From positions 25,854,001 through 25,918,000 of the forward strand of contig OX597821.1 of the NCBI GenBank assembly GCA_951406725.2: a DNA stretch of 64,000 bases, read 5' to 3'. Position numbers and translations under genes: made by a program. This stretch comes from Octopus vulgaris. Taxonomy: Eukaryota. A model generated the notes under the pieces. The model was not told the DNA's origin, ran no database searches, and was given only the letters and a program-made list of their open reading frames with translations. Shown piece by piece: positions 61,141 to 64,000 of the stretch. Every line of letters starts with the position of its first letter. The first letter of the stretch is position 1.

Positions 61141-61603
61141 CTCCCACTTCTGACTAAACCATTTAAAAAATGTCTCAAACTTCTTAAATTATTTCTATAA
61201 CGAAAAGCATGTCACCTGATCATACCTGTTGCCATGGAGTAATTTTGTTATTTGATATTGTTATGAATTATTTGGTTCTGTTAGGGCTTGCTAGGTGTTG
61301 TTAGGGATTACTCTTTTCTTTGTTTTCGTTATGGAATTGCAATGATAAAGAAATGGGTTTTTAAGTAGTATTATTAAATGTTATTAAAAATCGCTATGTG
61401 TTGTTAAAGGTAGATAGATATCATTAAGAGTTGCTAGGTGTTGTTAATAGTTTTTTTAATTTTTGTTCATTATGATGGGTTCTCAAAACTTATTTGGAAG
61501 AACCCACTATATTAATTCTGAAATTACTAAATTTCTGGCCTTTTTTCTTCTCCCATTTTGTTAATCTTAACATTAACTATAGACAATGTCTATAGCTTTT
61601 TAA

Positions 61604-61824
61604 CCCTTTCGTTACCAACCCGGCTGAAACCAGCTCTGGCTCTGTAGTACAAATGTTTTGTTTTCATAAGTTTTGAATTAAAATTTTCCACCAAACCTTA
61701 GTCATAATGTACGTTCCTAACACTAGCTGAATGATAACTAAGTTATTTTACTAAATTCTTTGTTATATTTAAAACAATTGAAAGAATCTCAGAGCATCTC
61801 AAAATAAATACGGTAACGAAAGGG
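61604..61824. mobile_element. TTAA-targeting MITE, second family
   Basis: Perfect 13-bp TIR ccctttcgttacc; TTAA on both sides. Confidence 0.9.
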
Positions 61825-62603
61825 TTAAGGATCTTCTAAATAGAGTTTACTGAAAATTTGTTTAATAAAGTTGAGTTAAATCATGATTATTCTTTTGGCA
61901 ATGCTCAAATTCAGAGATTCCTCTATGGGAAAGGAGGGTACAGAAACTCACAGCATTCCTGGAGATTGAAGGCTATACTTGACCTGAACATAATTTCAGC
62001 TCTCAGCCATGACAAATCTACATCATATAAAGGTGTATATTCTATTTTTCGCCTCACTTTCTTTCTGACAACTTCTAATCCAAGAGAGAATTTTTTAGTA
62101 GATTGACAAAATCCTTAGTCTCCGATAAAATACCTTGAGGTTGCAGTCTTTTGCATTTTCAATTAAAATTCTGTAGTAGCAATATAATTTACTTTAACAT
62201 TCTCACAAATATGTAGCATCCTTTAGTTATGGAAATCAACATTTAATTCTAACTTTAAACTATACATCACCTTTTCCGATATCTGTTCTTTTCCCATAAA
62301 TTTTCCATTACTTGATTTTACCCTATTTTAGTTAGCTTGGGTCCCTAGTCCAATTTAGTAGTCATAAGAGTTTCCTGTTTTGGGAGTTAGTCAGATATTT
62401 GTGATGGAAGTTTCTTGATTAATGTTTTCTTTCCTCGTTAACATTATAGCAAGTTGCTGTATGCTTTTGAATACCTGTGAAATAATAAAAAAAAAACCGT
62501 ACTTGAATAACAGGTAAGGTAACAGCCATAAAACCCTGCCTCAAATAAGTCTCTATCATAGAGAAACAGGCACTAAGTGAATAAATGTATTTATACATGG
62601 GAA

Positions 62604-62636
<33 letters not shown>

Positions 62637-63129
62637 AATCATTATCATTTTATGCTGCCCATGCTGGAATGGATAAGACAAGTCACTATGGTCTGAATTA
62701 TTTCTAATTCAGTGTTACTACCCTCCAAGATAGGTTTGAAGGGCCATGTCTTGCATTGTATTTTTGGCTTAGTTTCTATGATTGAATGTCTTTCTTACCA
62801 TCAGAAATATTAAATGGATGAGATGAACAGTGAATTGGATTGACTGTGAAAAGCAGTAGTGAAGGAGGCATGGGTGTTAATATCCTTAGGGTGGCTTGGA
62901 CAAATATTTTAGAATGTATTTCTGTTCATGTAAGCAAGGTGTAAATCACTGATTTGGCATTTAGGTACATACCAATTGTCTGGCAGATCTTAAGTATCTG
63001 TCTCTTCTTCACTAAACACAATCCTCATCTGCCATTGGAGCAAGGTTTATGTTTCACTAATAGCCTCCATTTGATGTCATAGTCTTCAGCTTTCTCCCTC
63101 AAAACTTTATGTTCTTCAGTATTCCATAT

Positions 63130-63990
63130 TGCTAGGGTGTATCAGAGAACATCAAGATGTGGGTAAGAAGTGAGTGCAGATGAATAATGATATGCTTGCA
63201 CTTAATGACTCTGAAAAGGAAGAAGGATGGAAGTACTACCATGAAAGATTATTAAATGTGGAGAATGCATGGGAAAAGGGAGACTTCCTACTGTGAACTC
63301 TAGAGAGGGACCAGGTATCCTAGTTGATTGCAGTAATATAGATAAGGTATTTAAAGATATGAAGACAGAGGAAAGCCCCTAGTCCATTGGGAATTACTGT
63401 TGAGATCTAGTCACCTGTATAGTTAATCAGGTTATTCAGGAAGGTGTCATCCCCAGTAAGTGGTGTAGCAGCATTATAGTCAGATACTACAAGGATGAGA
63501 GGGATACCTTAGGTAGAAATGATTATAGAGGTATCAAATTGCTGGACCAGTTCATGACAGTTACAGAGAGAGCTATAGTTCAATTAATTAGGAATAGAAT
63601 TAGACTTGAGGAGATGCTAATGAGCAATACTGCTGCTATCTATTTAGTCAAAAAACTGCAGGAGAAGTATTTAATTAAGGGTAAACCATTGCACTTGGCA
63701 TTTGTTGACCTGGTCAAAGCCTTCAGCGGAATCCCTTGTTCCATGATGTGGTTTTCTCTGAGGAAGCTAGGGATAGATGTGAAAGCCATATACAAGGGTG
63801 TTGTCAGTAAAGTGATAGTTAGCCATGAGTTCAGCAGTGGATTTAGAGTATAGATATGAGTGCATCAGAGCTTGGACCTGCTCTGATAGGGGCATATAAT
63901 GCATATGGAAGATAACTGTTGCATAAAAAAGCACTCCTAAATTAATGGAGCTTTTGGAAGAAGAAGGGTGATGACAGATGGACTGTATTG
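63130..63990 (+). pseudogene. Old RTE-clade LINE RT remnant
   Basis: DYRGIKLLDQFM...AIYLVKKLQEKYLIKGKPLHLAFVDLVKAF. Confidence 0.82.
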
Positions 63991-64000
63991 ATGGTGACAG

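Overview
AT-rich eukaryotic DNA dominated by repeats, with no long intact coding sequence. The SINE families and dense microsatellites suggest an octopus (cephalopod) genome; this is an inference. Most of the window is transposable-element debris. It holds at least four SINE-like families (CORE-type, Meta-domain-type, tRNA-headed/V-like, and an RTE-tailed non-autonomous element ending in (GAT)n). It also holds fragments of non-LTR clades (RTE/BovB-like, Tx1/L1, CR1-like, and the restriction-like-endonuclease clades HERO, R4/Dong and CRE), Penelope-like elements, a Gypsy integrase remnant, mariner/maT relics, hAT and TTAA-targeting MITEs, a non-autonomous Helitron, an 18-bp minisatellite and many microsatellites. 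A few short + strand segments look like spliced exons of an unidentified gene (low confidence). The most notable signal is RNA-structural. Five minimal hammerhead-ribozyme motifs from four sequence families lie in Penelope-like or TA-inserted fragments, some with non-canonical cores. A hammerhead-like motif with its core halves in swapped order lies in the 3' UTR of a HERO remnant. Coordinates of degraded repeats are approximate, and all structures were folded by eye.
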